A stretch of 32,000 nucleotides of DNA, taken from NCBI RefSeq assembly GCF_001997385.1, contig NZ_CP019633.1:2520001-2552000 (forward strand), read 5' to 3'. The translations under genes and the position numbers were made by a program. Source of the DNA: Sedimentisphaera cyanobacteriorum. GTDB taxonomy: Bacteria; Planctomycetota; Phycisphaerae; Sedimentisphaerales; Sedimentisphaeraceae. Shown here one piece after another: positions 1 through 8,408 of the stretch; the first letter of the stretch is position 1; every line of letters starts with the position of its first letter. Below the pieces are notes generated by a model. The model was not told where the DNA came from, searched no databases, and saw nothing but the letters and a program-made list of their open reading frames with translations.

Positions 1-2553
1 CCCGCGAACAATCGTCAATCCTACCAAATCCCTGACACCGCTCCAGATGCCGAAGAATTGGAGCAGCTCTGCAATTCTTGGATTAAGCCGGAATTGGATG
101 CCGTCATAGATATGCTGGATTCTATTGAAAGCCCGGAGGGTGATAAGTTTTCTATAATATTCACCACGGGCGAGACCGGCCTTGAAAACGATCTTAGAGC
201 CGGCTACGGAGAGGTGCTTATTGTTAAGGGTTTAGCAAAAATTCTGCGCGGTTTTTTCGAGGAACCCGCATACAGCTTGGATATTCAAAATCTTGACGCG
301 CTGATTCAGAACATTGCCAACGAAAGCTTCAGCGCAGCCCAGCTTTTAGAGCCAAACCTTGAATTTCTCACCCTTCTCTCAACAATTGAAGACCCGGATA
401 AGGGCAAAAGTGTTCAGCTTCAGAACAAAACCTATCTAATCGAAGGAATGGATTATCTATTGGAAGCAATAGATTACATAAAAAATGACAATTACAGCCA
501 GCCGGGAGTGGACAGGTTCGTGTTTATTGCAGAGGAAGACGTCGATATTGTTGAGTTTTATGAGGATAAGATTTCAGAGGTGAGAGATTCTCTGGCTAAC
601 GATAATATCGCAGAGCTCCAGATATCGGAGGGGAAAGAGTACGCCTTGCAGAATTCGCCGGACGACGGAATTTCCCTGCTGCCGGGCAGCTCTCTAAAGG
701 CGGAACTGATGCAAATAGACGTTTTATACCAAGGAGAGCTTGAGCTGGTGTATGAGGGGGATACAGGGCAGCAGCAAAAGACATATCAGTTAGAAAGCGG
801 TACAGTATTTTCCGACTATGTAGATCTCTCTTTCGAGTCTGGCTTCTTTACATTCTTCATAGACCAGAGCAAAGAAAATATCACCGAAGGATATCTCAGC
901 GACTGGGAGGAAGCGATAGAAATCACTGGAATAACCGGCAGCCTTGCCGGGAGCTTCGCAGGAGAACAGATCACATTTGACCTGAACCCTGCTTACGGGT
1001 CTGAGAGATTCCCCGAGCCGATTAGTCCGAGAGACTGCCTCCCTGAATTCAACAAATGGAACATGCCCGCTGCATACACTGTAGGAAGCGGTATGGATAA
1101 CGACCCAACACTTGGCGGGATCCTCCCCAACGTTACCCACAACGACTGGCTTTCAGCTTTCGACAATCTCCAGCCCAGCGGGAGGGTTAATATATATCCT
1201 GCTGACCCATGGCAGATTTACAAAAGCTGGGACGGCTCAGCTGAAATCTCATACTGGCTGGATGAACAGCTCGTATTCAAAGACGCAGCAGGGGAAGTGC
1301 CGCAAGAGGAAATCAATCCAGATATAAGCGAATTGTATCTGGCTTATGAGGGCAGCACGCTTTATGGATGCATAGCAATTGAAGATATGCAGGAAATTGA
1401 GGGTATCTACTTCGATGAGAAATGCAGCTATGAGATAATATTCAGTCCGTCTGCTTACTATCCGGAAACGAAAGGGGCAGTAAAAATTAATCTGGATGGA
1501 ACACAATACTCCTATCAGGAATGGAAATACGACTGGTATGAATACTGGGAATCCGATTTGAATAGAGAAGTATATATCTACAGCAGTGATAAAGGAATAT
1601 ACTTCACGCTTACGGATTCCTCAGATTCTCCAACGCTTCCGCCGATAACGGGCAAGTATATTACTGTAAATTCCCTTTGCGGGGATGAATGGAACTACGA
1701 GTATATCGACTATAATCCAACTCAGCTAATCACCGGGAAAATGGGAACAGTACAGGGAACTGTAAACAGCAGCACAATCCCTGATAGCAGATTCTTCGTT
1801 CAGGCCTACACCAATAAGGCTGAACCTGAAGATAGTATGGCTGATTTTGCAGTAATACAAGGTGCGGGAGATTTTGAACTTGAACTGCCGATGGGATTTG
1901 AAGGTTATATCAGGGCATACTGCTCAATTTTCGCATTTGAGAACCCCTTCGAGGTTGGCTCAGAGCTGATATGCGAAAACGTAATAGAATTCAGGCAGTG
2001 GAAGGAGAATTCATCCTGCGGGAGCATAAACGTTGAATATCCGGAGATTATCAAGCCCGGAGAAACGCTCAGCTTTGAAGACGTTGACGGGGCATCGGGC
2101 AGTATTATCGCCCTTGATCTCTTGGCCGGCCAGGAATACTCGCTGGATTTCTCTTCAACTCAAGAGCTTGATATTGAAATCTACGAGCCGGACGCCAGAA
2201 CCAACAACTCCTATTACTCAAACAATTTTTCATTTATACCCGAATATTCAGGGAGGTATTTCGTTAAAATAACCGATGATTATTACGCACAAGAAAGCGC
2301 GGTATTTGATTTTTCTGCCGGGCTCACAAGCGAATATGAGCCTTTGCCGGCTGATATCGCCAATGATAAAGGCATAGGATCGCAGGATGGATATGTGGAT
2401 GAGCTGGATATGCTTGCTCTTTCAGATAAATGGCTCAGCTCAGCAAACAAGAATTCGTGGGCAGGCTTTGCAGATTTTTCCGAAGACAGTATTGTGAATC
2501 TAAAAGATTTTGCCCGCCTCTGTCTTTTCTGGTACACTTATGCGGTCGAATGA
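1..2553 (+). CDS. large secreted/surface protein, 5'-partial, with C-terminal dockerin/EF-hand-like module
   Basis: Frame 1 has no stop from nt 1 to the TGA at 2551-2553. The track ORF starts at TTG 58, but codons 1-57 are also open, so the gene probably begins upstream of the window. I recognise no family for the body. The last ~70 aa (nt ~2341-2550: DIANDKGIGSQDGYVDELDMLALSDKWL...IVNLKDFARLCLFW) resemble a two-segment dockerin-type Ca-binding repeat. Confidence 0.7.
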   Translation, partial: PANNRQSYQIPDTAPDAEELEQLCNSWIKPELDAVIDMLDSIESPEGDKFSIIFTTGETGLENDLRAGYGEVLIVKGLAKILRGFFEEPAYSLDIQNLDALIQNIANESFSAAQLLEPNLEFLTLLSTIEDPDKGKSVQLQNKTYLIEGMDYLLEAIDYIKNDNYSQPGVDRFVFIAEEDVDIVEFYEDKISEVRDSLANDNIAELQISEGKEYALQNSPDDGISLLPGSSLKAELMQIDVLYQGELELVYEGDTGQQQKTYQLESGTVFSDYVDLSFESGFFTFFIDQSKENITEGYLSDWEEAIEITGITGSLAGSFAGEQITFDLNPAYGSERFPEPISPRDCLPEFNKWNMPAAYTVGSGMDNDPTLGGILPNVTHNDWLSAFDNLQPSGRVNIYPADPWQIYKSWDGSAEISYWLDEQLVFKDAAGEVPQEEINPDISELYLAYEGSTLYGCIAIEDMQEIEGIYFDEKCSYEIIFSPSAYYPETKGAVKINLDGTQYSYQEWKYDWYEYWESDLNREVYIYSSDKGIYFTLTDSSDSPTLPPITGKYITVNSLCGDEWNYEYIDYNPTQLITGKMGTVQGTVNSSTIPDSRFFVQAYTNKAEPEDSMADFAVIQGAGDFELELPMGFEGYIRAYCSIFAFENPFEVGSELICENVIEFRQWKENSSCGSINVEYPEIIKPGETLSFEDVDGASGSIIALDLLAGQEYSLDFSSTQELDIEIYEPDARTNNSYYSNNFSFIPEYSGRYFVKITDDYYAQESAVFDFSAGLTSEYEPLPADIANDKGIGSQDGYVDELDMLALSDKWLSSANKNSWAGFADFSEDSIVNLKDFARLCLFWYTYAVE

Positions 2554-2637
2554 ACAAAAATTCAATGTGAAAAGTAAAAGAATTTTAATACATTGAACGG
2601 GTGAATCGTTAATTAGGAATTAAACACAGGAGAATTT

Positions 2638-3792
2638 ATGAGATTTTTGCCGGTCGTTTTCCTATCGGCCATGTTAGCAGGGTTATGCATTGCCCAGCCT
2701 GAAGGCAAAGACGCCAAGGCTAAAAGTATGCTTGAAGACGTTAAGGCGGCAATTTCCGCACGAGAAGACTTTCTGAAAAATGGAAGACCCGAAAGGCCGG
2801 ACTACCGCTCAGCACCAAATGATCAGGTGCGTCAGCAGATGTTCGAGAAATACCGCAGCAGATTTCAGGATTACAGAGATCAGGTGTGGAAAAAGAGCTT
2901 GGATGTTCTCGATAAATCACGAAAACTTTATAACAAATACCCCCGCACAAAGCAGGCTGAGAGGATAATCCCCGAGGCAGTGAATATCCTCGGGCTTATC
3001 GGGTCAGACCCGCAGACAGCGGCCGAATTTGAAGACTTCTACACAAAATTGCTCAAGCACAATTCAGTTGGCAAGCGTTTTATAGAAACACTGCTTGAAT
3101 ACCGAGTTCGCAGGATGGGCTCGATAATACAATCCGAAACCGTTACAGGCGAGGATAAGTCCGCCGAGGTAAAAGAGCAGGTTGAAAAGCTCATAGAGGA
3201 CATAGATTCGGTTGCGGGGCGATTCAAGGGTGTAGAAACTTTTCCGAATACCGCCCTCACTCTCGCTCAGGAAATGATGTACTACGAGCCTTCTCTGGCA
3301 GAACCGCTTGTTGAGGTTTGCGAAAAATACGGCGGAGAGATGGTAAAAGAGAAGCTCGCAGGCCTGAAGAAAAAGCTCGATATGCTCGGCAGCAAGCTGG
3401 AGATGAATCTTGAAACCCTCGACGGCAAGGAAATTTCCCTCTCAGACTACCGGGGCGATGTTGTGCTGGTTGATTTCTGGGCAACTTGGTGCGGGCCTTG
3501 TGTTGAGAAAGTCCCGCATTTGAAGGATGTTTACGAGAAATACAGCGACAAGGGCTTTGAAATCCTCGCAATCAGCCTCGATAACAGCAAAGAAGATTTG
3601 AAGAACTTCATAAAAGAACATGAAATGGAATGGCCTCAGCACTTCGACGGCAAGAGCTGGGAGAATGAGTATGTGAAGAAATTCAACATTCGGGGCATTC
3701 CAACGATGTGGCTTGTGGATAAAAAGGGGCGATTAGCAGATATGAATGCGTCAAGCAGGCTGGAAGAAAAGGTCAAAGAGCTTATGCAGTAA
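2638..3792 (+). CDS. TlpA/ResA-like thiol:disulfide oxidoreductase (thioredoxin fold) with N-terminal helical extension
   Basis: AGGAG lies ~7 nt upstream of ATG 2638. Signal peptide is MRFLPVVFLSAMLAGLCIA. The C-terminal ~150 aa carry the FWATWCGPC active site and a GIPTMWLVD cis-Pro region typical of periplasmic redoxins. The first ~230 aa are unassigned. Confidence 0.85.
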   Translation: MRFLPVVFLSAMLAGLCIAQPEGKDAKAKSMLEDVKAAISAREDFLKNGRPERPDYRSAPNDQVRQQMFEKYRSRFQDYRDQVWKKSLDVLDKSRKLYNKYPRTKQAERIIPEAVNILGLIGSDPQTAAEFEDFYTKLLKHNSVGKRFIETLLEYRVRRMGSIIQSETVTGEDKSAEVKEQVEKLIEDIDSVAGRFKGVETFPNTALTLAQEMMYYEPSLAEPLVEVCEKYGGEMVKEKLAGLKKKLDMLGSKLEMNLETLDGKEISLSDYRGDVVLVDFWATWCGPCVEKVPHLKDVYEKYSDKGFEILAISLDNSKEDLKNFIKEHEMEWPQHFDGKSWENEYVKKFNIRGIPTMWLVDKKGRLADMNASSRLEEKVKELMQ

Positions 3793-3802
3793 TAAAGATT
3801 CA

Positions 3803-3828
3803 GGGCGGTTTTCGAGCCGCCCTTTTTA
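3803..3828 (+). terminator. rho-independent terminator after the redoxin gene
   Basis: GGGCGG (3803-3808) pairs with CCGCCC (3817-3822), followed by TTTTT, 10 nt after the stop codon. Confidence 0.6.
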
Positions 3829-4012
3829 ATTTATTCCAAAACGTTTGCGGCAATTTTTTTGGGCAAAATTCAAATCATCATTCTGCAATGCTGTGCGGAA
3901 TTTTTTGCCGCACGTGGAGTCCGCCGCAGGCAAACTGGCTCAGCCAAAAACACATTTTCCGCATCAGAATAAAATTGTCGCACACTCCCACAGCCATCAA
4001 ACCACAAAATAC

Positions 4013-4040
4013 TTGTTAAAATATCAAACCTCTCTAAAAT
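4013..4040 (+). promoter_or_regulatory. candidate sigma70-type promoter for proB
   Basis: TTGTTA (4013-4018), 16-nt spacer, TAAAAT (4035-4040), ~40 nt upstream of ATG 4081. Pattern match only. Confidence 0.3.
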
Positions 4041-4080
4041 TCCCTTCAAAGCAATATATTAGGATTTTAGATTTTTACTG

Positions 4081-5181
4081 ATGCGAAATTTTTCAGAAAT
4101 AAAACGTATAGTTGTAAAGATAGGCACCAACACGCTCAAAGGTGAAAACGGGATCAACAGCGCTCTTATCGTTGATATCGCAAGGCAGGTAAGAAAACTG
4201 CACGAAAAGGGCTTTGAGGTTCTGCTTGTAAGCTCGGGTGCTATAGGCATGGGAGCGGGCAGGCTCGGGCTGAGCTCCAAGGTTAAGTCAATCAGGATGA
4301 GGCAGGCCTGCGCTGCTATAGGCCAGCCGCTTTTGATGTATGAATATTCAAAGGCATTCGAGATTTACGATATTGTAATCTCGCAGGTGCTTCTCACTGC
4401 TTGGGTGATGGACAACAGGACATCTTATCTGAATTTGAGAAATGCAGTAGAAAAGCTTCTGTCTCTTGGGAGCGTTCCGATAATAAACGAAAATGACAGC
4501 ATCAGCACAGACGAAATTCAAAGCGCATTCGGCGATAACGACCGGCTCAGCGCGCTTGTTGCGAGCAAGGTGGATGCGGATCTTCTGGTAATGCTTTCTG
4601 ATATAGACCGTCTCTACACCAAAGACCCGAGAAAACACGAAGATGCTGAGCCGCTGAAGGTTGTAGAGCAGCTCACCGATGAACACAGGAGTTATGCAGG
4701 CGAGAGCGGGTCTGAATTTGCCACGGGGGGAATGAAAACCAAACTCGATGCGATAAAAATCGCTTCAGACTCAGACTGCAGGGTGATAATCACAAGCGGA
4801 GAGCTTGAAAACGTGCTTCTGAAAATAATCGACGGCGAGGATATCGGCACGCTCTTTATGCCTCAGAGAAAGCTCGGGAGCAAGGCACGCTGGATACTCA
4901 ACACCACCCCCGCCGGCAGAATTGAGCTCGATGCGGGAGCGATGAAAGCTATCAAGAACCACAAAAGCCTTCTGCCCAAGGGAATTGTATCTGTTGAAGG
5001 CGTGTTTGAGGCGGGCAGTGTGGTATCGCTTTCCGGCGAGGCGAAGGCCGTAACAACAATGAGCAGCGATGAGCTCAGCTCGCTTATCGGCAAACACAGC
5101 AGCGAAATACGAAAGATCCTCGGAAGCGAGCGAAAAGACGTTGTAGCCCTGCCGGAGGATATCGTATTTATTGAAAGCTGA
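4081..5181 (+). CDS. proB: glutamate 5-kinase with C-terminal PUA domain
   Basis: KRIVVKIGTNTL N-terminus, SSGAIGMG, NENDSISTDE..FGDNDRLSALVA and LLVMLSDIDRLYTKDP are the canonical amino-acid-kinase/ProB motifs. The C-terminal ~90 aa (GRIELDAGAMKAI...GIVSVEGVFEAGSVV) are PUA-like. Confidence 0.92.
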   Translation: MRNFSEIKRIVVKIGTNTLKGENGINSALIVDIARQVRKLHEKGFEVLLVSSGAIGMGAGRLGLSSKVKSIRMRQACAAIGQPLLMYEYSKAFEIYDIVISQVLLTAWVMDNRTSYLNLRNAVEKLLSLGSVPIINENDSISTDEIQSAFGDNDRLSALVASKVDADLLVMLSDIDRLYTKDPRKHEDAEPLKVVEQLTDEHRSYAGESGSEFATGGMKTKLDAIKIASDSDCRVIITSGELENVLLKIIDGEDIGTLFMPQRKLGSKARWILNTTPAGRIELDAGAMKAIKNHKSLLPKGIVSVEGVFEAGSVVSLSGEAKAVTTMSSDELSSLIGKHSSEIRKILGSERKDVVALPEDIVFIES

Positions 5182-5284
5182 AGCTATTCAGTCAGCCTGT
5201 AATGCGCAGATCTATTCCGCTGAGAATTCACAGTAGTAATGAATTCGTGAAATATAAAACAGGCTGGCGTATCAGCGGCTGAAA

Positions 5285-6388
5285 TTATTCATCCAGAGCA
5301 GCTCTGAAGCCGTAGTTATGGCTCATAAAGGCTTTTTGCTGATAAATCTTAAGTGAAACAGTGCAATAGATCTTATCGTTGCTCCAGCCGCCGCCCTGCA
5401 AGGTTTTGTAATTGCCGACAGCGCCGCAATCTGTCCATTCGCAAACATTTCCTGACATATCGCAGAGCCCGTAGCCAAACTCGCCGAAATAACCTGCTGA
5501 AGATGTGTACGGAAAGGCTGAGAAGCCTTCAGGATTGGCGAAAGTCCCGCCGCCTGAATAGTTGGCTTTGGAGAAATCTATCGATGCTCCAGTTGCATAC
5601 ACGTATGACCCGTCGAAATCTGCAGCCGCCTGCCATTCAAAATCTGTGGGCAGTCGATACCAGCTGTAGTAGTCGCAGAAGGCCTTTGCTCCATAATAGC
5701 TCAGGCAAGCAACGGGAAATCCGGTAACATCCTGCCCTTCGAACGTTTCCACATAGAAAACCTCGCCAGACCATGCAATCTGACTTGAGGGGTTGGTGGT
5801 ATCGTAATATACAAGGTCGTTCTGTTCGTCTGCGCCTGTAATTAAGCCGTCAACCAATTTAATATCCCCGCTTGCAGCAGCTTCATTAAGATACTGGCAG
5901 TATTGGGCGTTTGTGGTTTCGTATTTGCTCATATAACCTGTGAAACCGCCTTGACCGTCGATCGAGTTGCCGCTTGGGTCTTTCATATTAGACCCGTCAT
6001 CCTCGATATAAACCCAAGTCATTCCGAGGGGATCGCCAACAGCACCTTCAGAGACAAGCAGATCAACCTCACTGCCCGGGGAAACATTTTCACCGCCGGC
6101 GGGAGTTTGGCTGATAATATACCCCTTCGGAACAGAATCGTGGTATCGCTGTGATAAAGTTCCCACAATCAGCTCGGCAGAGAGTATGGCAGCTTCGCCA
6201 TCATTATAAACCATCCCTTCAACATCAGGTACCTGAACAAACTCAACTTCCAGCCAGTGCATACAGAGGCGAGAGAAATCTTCAATGTCAACAATTCCGT
6301 CGTTGTTTATATCGCTTGCCGGATCCCAGACAGCAGAAACTGTTGCTGCGATAAAGAGGATTGATACTAAAAAAATAAGATACTTCAT
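5285..6388 (-). CDS. secreted dockerin-like + PASTA + formylglycine-generating-enzyme (SUMF1/FGE-sulfatase) domain protein
   Basis: Signal peptide is MKYLIFLVSILFIAATVSA. DINNDGIVDIEDFSRLCMHW is dockerin-like. VPDVEGMVYNDGEAAILSAELIVGTLSQRYHDSVPKGYIISQTPAGGENVSPGSEVDLLVSEG matches the PASTA consensus closely. The C-terminal half has FGE-family motifs (YRLPTDFEWQAAA, SGNVCEWT, GGGW, YGFRAA). Confidence 0.8.
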   Translation of the reverse strand: MKYLIFLVSILFIAATVSAVWDPASDINNDGIVDIEDFSRLCMHWLEVEFVQVPDVEGMVYNDGEAAILSAELIVGTLSQRYHDSVPKGYIISQTPAGGENVSPGSEVDLLVSEGAVGDPLGMTWVYIEDDGSNMKDPSGNSIDGQGGFTGYMSKYETTNAQYCQYLNEAAASGDIKLVDGLITGADEQNDLVYYDTTNPSSQIAWSGEVFYVETFEGQDVTGFPVACLSYYGAKAFCDYYSWYRLPTDFEWQAAADFDGSYVYATGASIDFSKANYSGGGTFANPEGFSAFPYTSSAGYFGEFGYGLCDMSGNVCEWTDCGAVGNYKTLQGGGWSNDKIYCTVSLKIYQQKAFMSHNYGFRAALDE

Positions 6389-6621
6389 TTTATTCTCCTT
6401 TAAAACCTAAAAACAATACAAAATTATCTACAGCCATTCTACCACTAATTCGTCACGTTCAAAGCTTTTTTTAGAAAAATCGAAAAAAACTTTTAGCCTT
6501 GCCGCTTGAAGTAAAGCGTTATATTTATTGAAATGAACAGCGATTTTATCTCGTCTTATATGCCGAACAATGTTATTCTTGATGCTCAAAACGGAGCAGA
6601 TCTTTTATAAAGGGAGAAAAT

Positions 6622-7596
6622 ATGAAAAACGTTACTATATTGTTTGTAATTCTTCTTCAGCTGGCTTTATCGGCAGGGAGCGGGAGAAATGAGGTCTGCA
6701 TAGAATGGGTTTCAAAGGCGTTAAAGGCAGAGGGCTTGGAACACAAAACCTTTCAGAGCGATATAATCGAAGGGGAGGCCAGCTTTCATATTTACCTGCC
6801 AAAGCAGTATTATCAGAGTCCGGAGAAGCGTTTGCCAGTTATGTACTGGCTTCACGGGAGCGGGGGAAAGCCTTCACAAGATTACAGGGCAGGCGGAGGC
6901 AGAGGGCCTGCGGCGATCTCAAAGCATTTCGGCACAGCTATGCAGGAAGGCAAAATACCGCCAATGATTATTGTATATCCCAACGGTCTTCGAAAGGGAA
7001 TGTGGGTGGATTCGAAAGACGGGAAAACCCCAGTAGAATCGCTCGTTATCAAGGAGCTTATCCCGCATATAGACAAAAATTTCCGAACAATCGCCGATAA
7101 TTCAGGGCGTTTGATTGCAGGCCACAGCGCTGGCGGATACGGAGCTGCAAGGCTTGGATTCAAATACCCCGAGCTCTTCTGCGCTGTTTCGATGCGCGGG
7201 GCAGGGCCGCTTCAGGAGGTATTCGTCCCTGAGAGAGGGCCGGAAGGCAATGCCCGCACCCGAGGGCGGGTTCTAAGGAAAATTTACGGCTCAGATCAGG
7301 AATACTTCAAGAGATTAAGCCCGCTTTATCTTGCAGAGAAAAACGCAGAGAAGATTCGCAAAAATCTTCAAATCCGTCAGATTATAGGCGAAAAAGACTA
7401 TTGCCTGCCGGCGAATATCGAATTCCACAGGCATTTGGAGGCGCTTGATATCCCTCATGAGTTTACAATTTTAGATAGTGTAAAACACGACACCCATCAG
7501 CTAATGCAAGTTCTCGGGGAATCTTCCAGCTATTGGCAGTTTTATCGGTCTGTTTTCGGGTCTCTCAAGACTTTTGAGCAGGCGGAGAGCCGTTAA
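6622..7596 (+). CDS. secreted alpha/beta-hydrolase, 'putative esterase' (esterase D/enterochelin-esterase-like) family
   Basis: GGGAG RBS before ATG 6622 and a signal peptide. LPVMYWLHGSGG and the nucleophile elbow GHSAGG, plus a late His (VKHDTH), fit the PF00756-type esterase layout. Confidence 0.7.
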   Translation: MKNVTILFVILLQLALSAGSGRNEVCIEWVSKALKAEGLEHKTFQSDIIEGEASFHIYLPKQYYQSPEKRLPVMYWLHGSGGKPSQDYRAGGGRGPAAISKHFGTAMQEGKIPPMIIVYPNGLRKGMWVDSKDGKTPVESLVIKELIPHIDKNFRTIADNSGRLIAGHSAGGYGAARLGFKYPELFCAVSMRGAGPLQEVFVPERGPEGNARTRGRVLRKIYGSDQEYFKRLSPLYLAEKNAEKIRKNLQIRQIIGEKDYCLPANIEFHRHLEALDIPHEFTILDSVKHDTHQLMQVLGESSSYWQFYRSVFGSLKTFEQAESR

Positions 7597-8345
7597 GACT
7601 CAATCTGCTGCATAACAGAATCGGGTATATCGAAGTTCGAGTACACGTTCTGCACATCATCGTGCTCTTCGAAAGACTCTATCAGAGCAAGAATTTTCCT
7701 TGCCTTCTCGGGGTCTGATATTTCCACGTTGTTATCTGGAATCATAGAAACCTCAGCGCTTTCCACTTCAATGCCGGCATCATCTATCGCTGATTTGAGG
7801 TCGTTGTATGCCTCAGGAGCGCAGTTTATCTCGTACATATCGCCGTGATTTTCCATATCATTCGCCCCGCTGCTTAGGGCAAGATCCATAAGCTCTTCCT
7901 CATCAGCCTTATCAGCAGAAATAAGGATTACGCCCTTCTTGGCAAACATATAGTTTACGCAGCCGCTGGTTCCCATAGAACCGCCTCTCTTTTCAAAGAG
8001 CTTCCGGATCTCGGGGGCTGTTCTGTTTCTGTTGTCTGTAAGTGCATCAACCATTACAGCCACACCGCCAGGCGCGTAGCCCTCATACAACGCTTCCTCA
8101 AAGCTCACAGCCCCGAACTCGCCGGTGCCCTTTTTGATGGCCTTTTCGATAGTATCTTTGGGCATATTGGCCTGCTTGCCCTTGTCGATGGCGTAACGCA
8201 GGGGCAGATTCGTGTTCGGATCGCCACCGCCGTTCTTGGCGGCTACCATAATCAAGCGGGAAATCTTGCTCCATATTTTGCCGCGTTTGGCGTCGTTTGC
8301 AGCTTTTTTGTGTTTAATTCCAGCCCAGTGTGAATGACCTGCCAT
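7593..8345 (-). CDS. yebC: YebC/PmpR family DNA-binding transcriptional regulator
   Basis: The MAGHSHWAGIKHKKAANDAKRGKIWSK N-terminus is diagnostic of the YebC family. Full-length at 250 aa. Confidence 0.93.
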   Translation of the reverse strand: MAGHSHWAGIKHKKAANDAKRGKIWSKISRLIMVAAKNGGGDPNTNLPLRYAIDKGKQANMPKDTIEKAIKKGTGEFGAVSFEEALYEGYAPGGVAVMVDALTDNRNRTAPEIRKLFEKRGGSMGTSGCVNYMFAKKGVILISADKADEEELMDLALSSGANDMENHGDMYEINCAPEAYNDLKSAIDDAGIEVESAEVSMIPDNNVEISDPEKARKILALIESFEEHDDVQNVYSNFDIPDSVMQQIES

Positions 8346-8408
8346 TTATGTTAATTCCTTAAATTAAAATCGTTATATGTTACAAATCTCAAATATGAGA
8401 CGTTCAGT

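Noticed and set aside
3845-4081. A 78-aa ORF in the redoxin-proB spacer.
   Set aside because: It follows a terminator, spans the candidate proB promoter, has no RBS, and its sequence is odd and His/Lys-rich. It is likely non-coding.
7593-7596. The convergent esterase and yebC genes overlap by 4 nt through a shared TTAA carrying both stop codons.
   Set aside because: The overlap is real but is a common consequence of compact genomes. It has no evident functional implication beyond the lack of an intergenic terminator.
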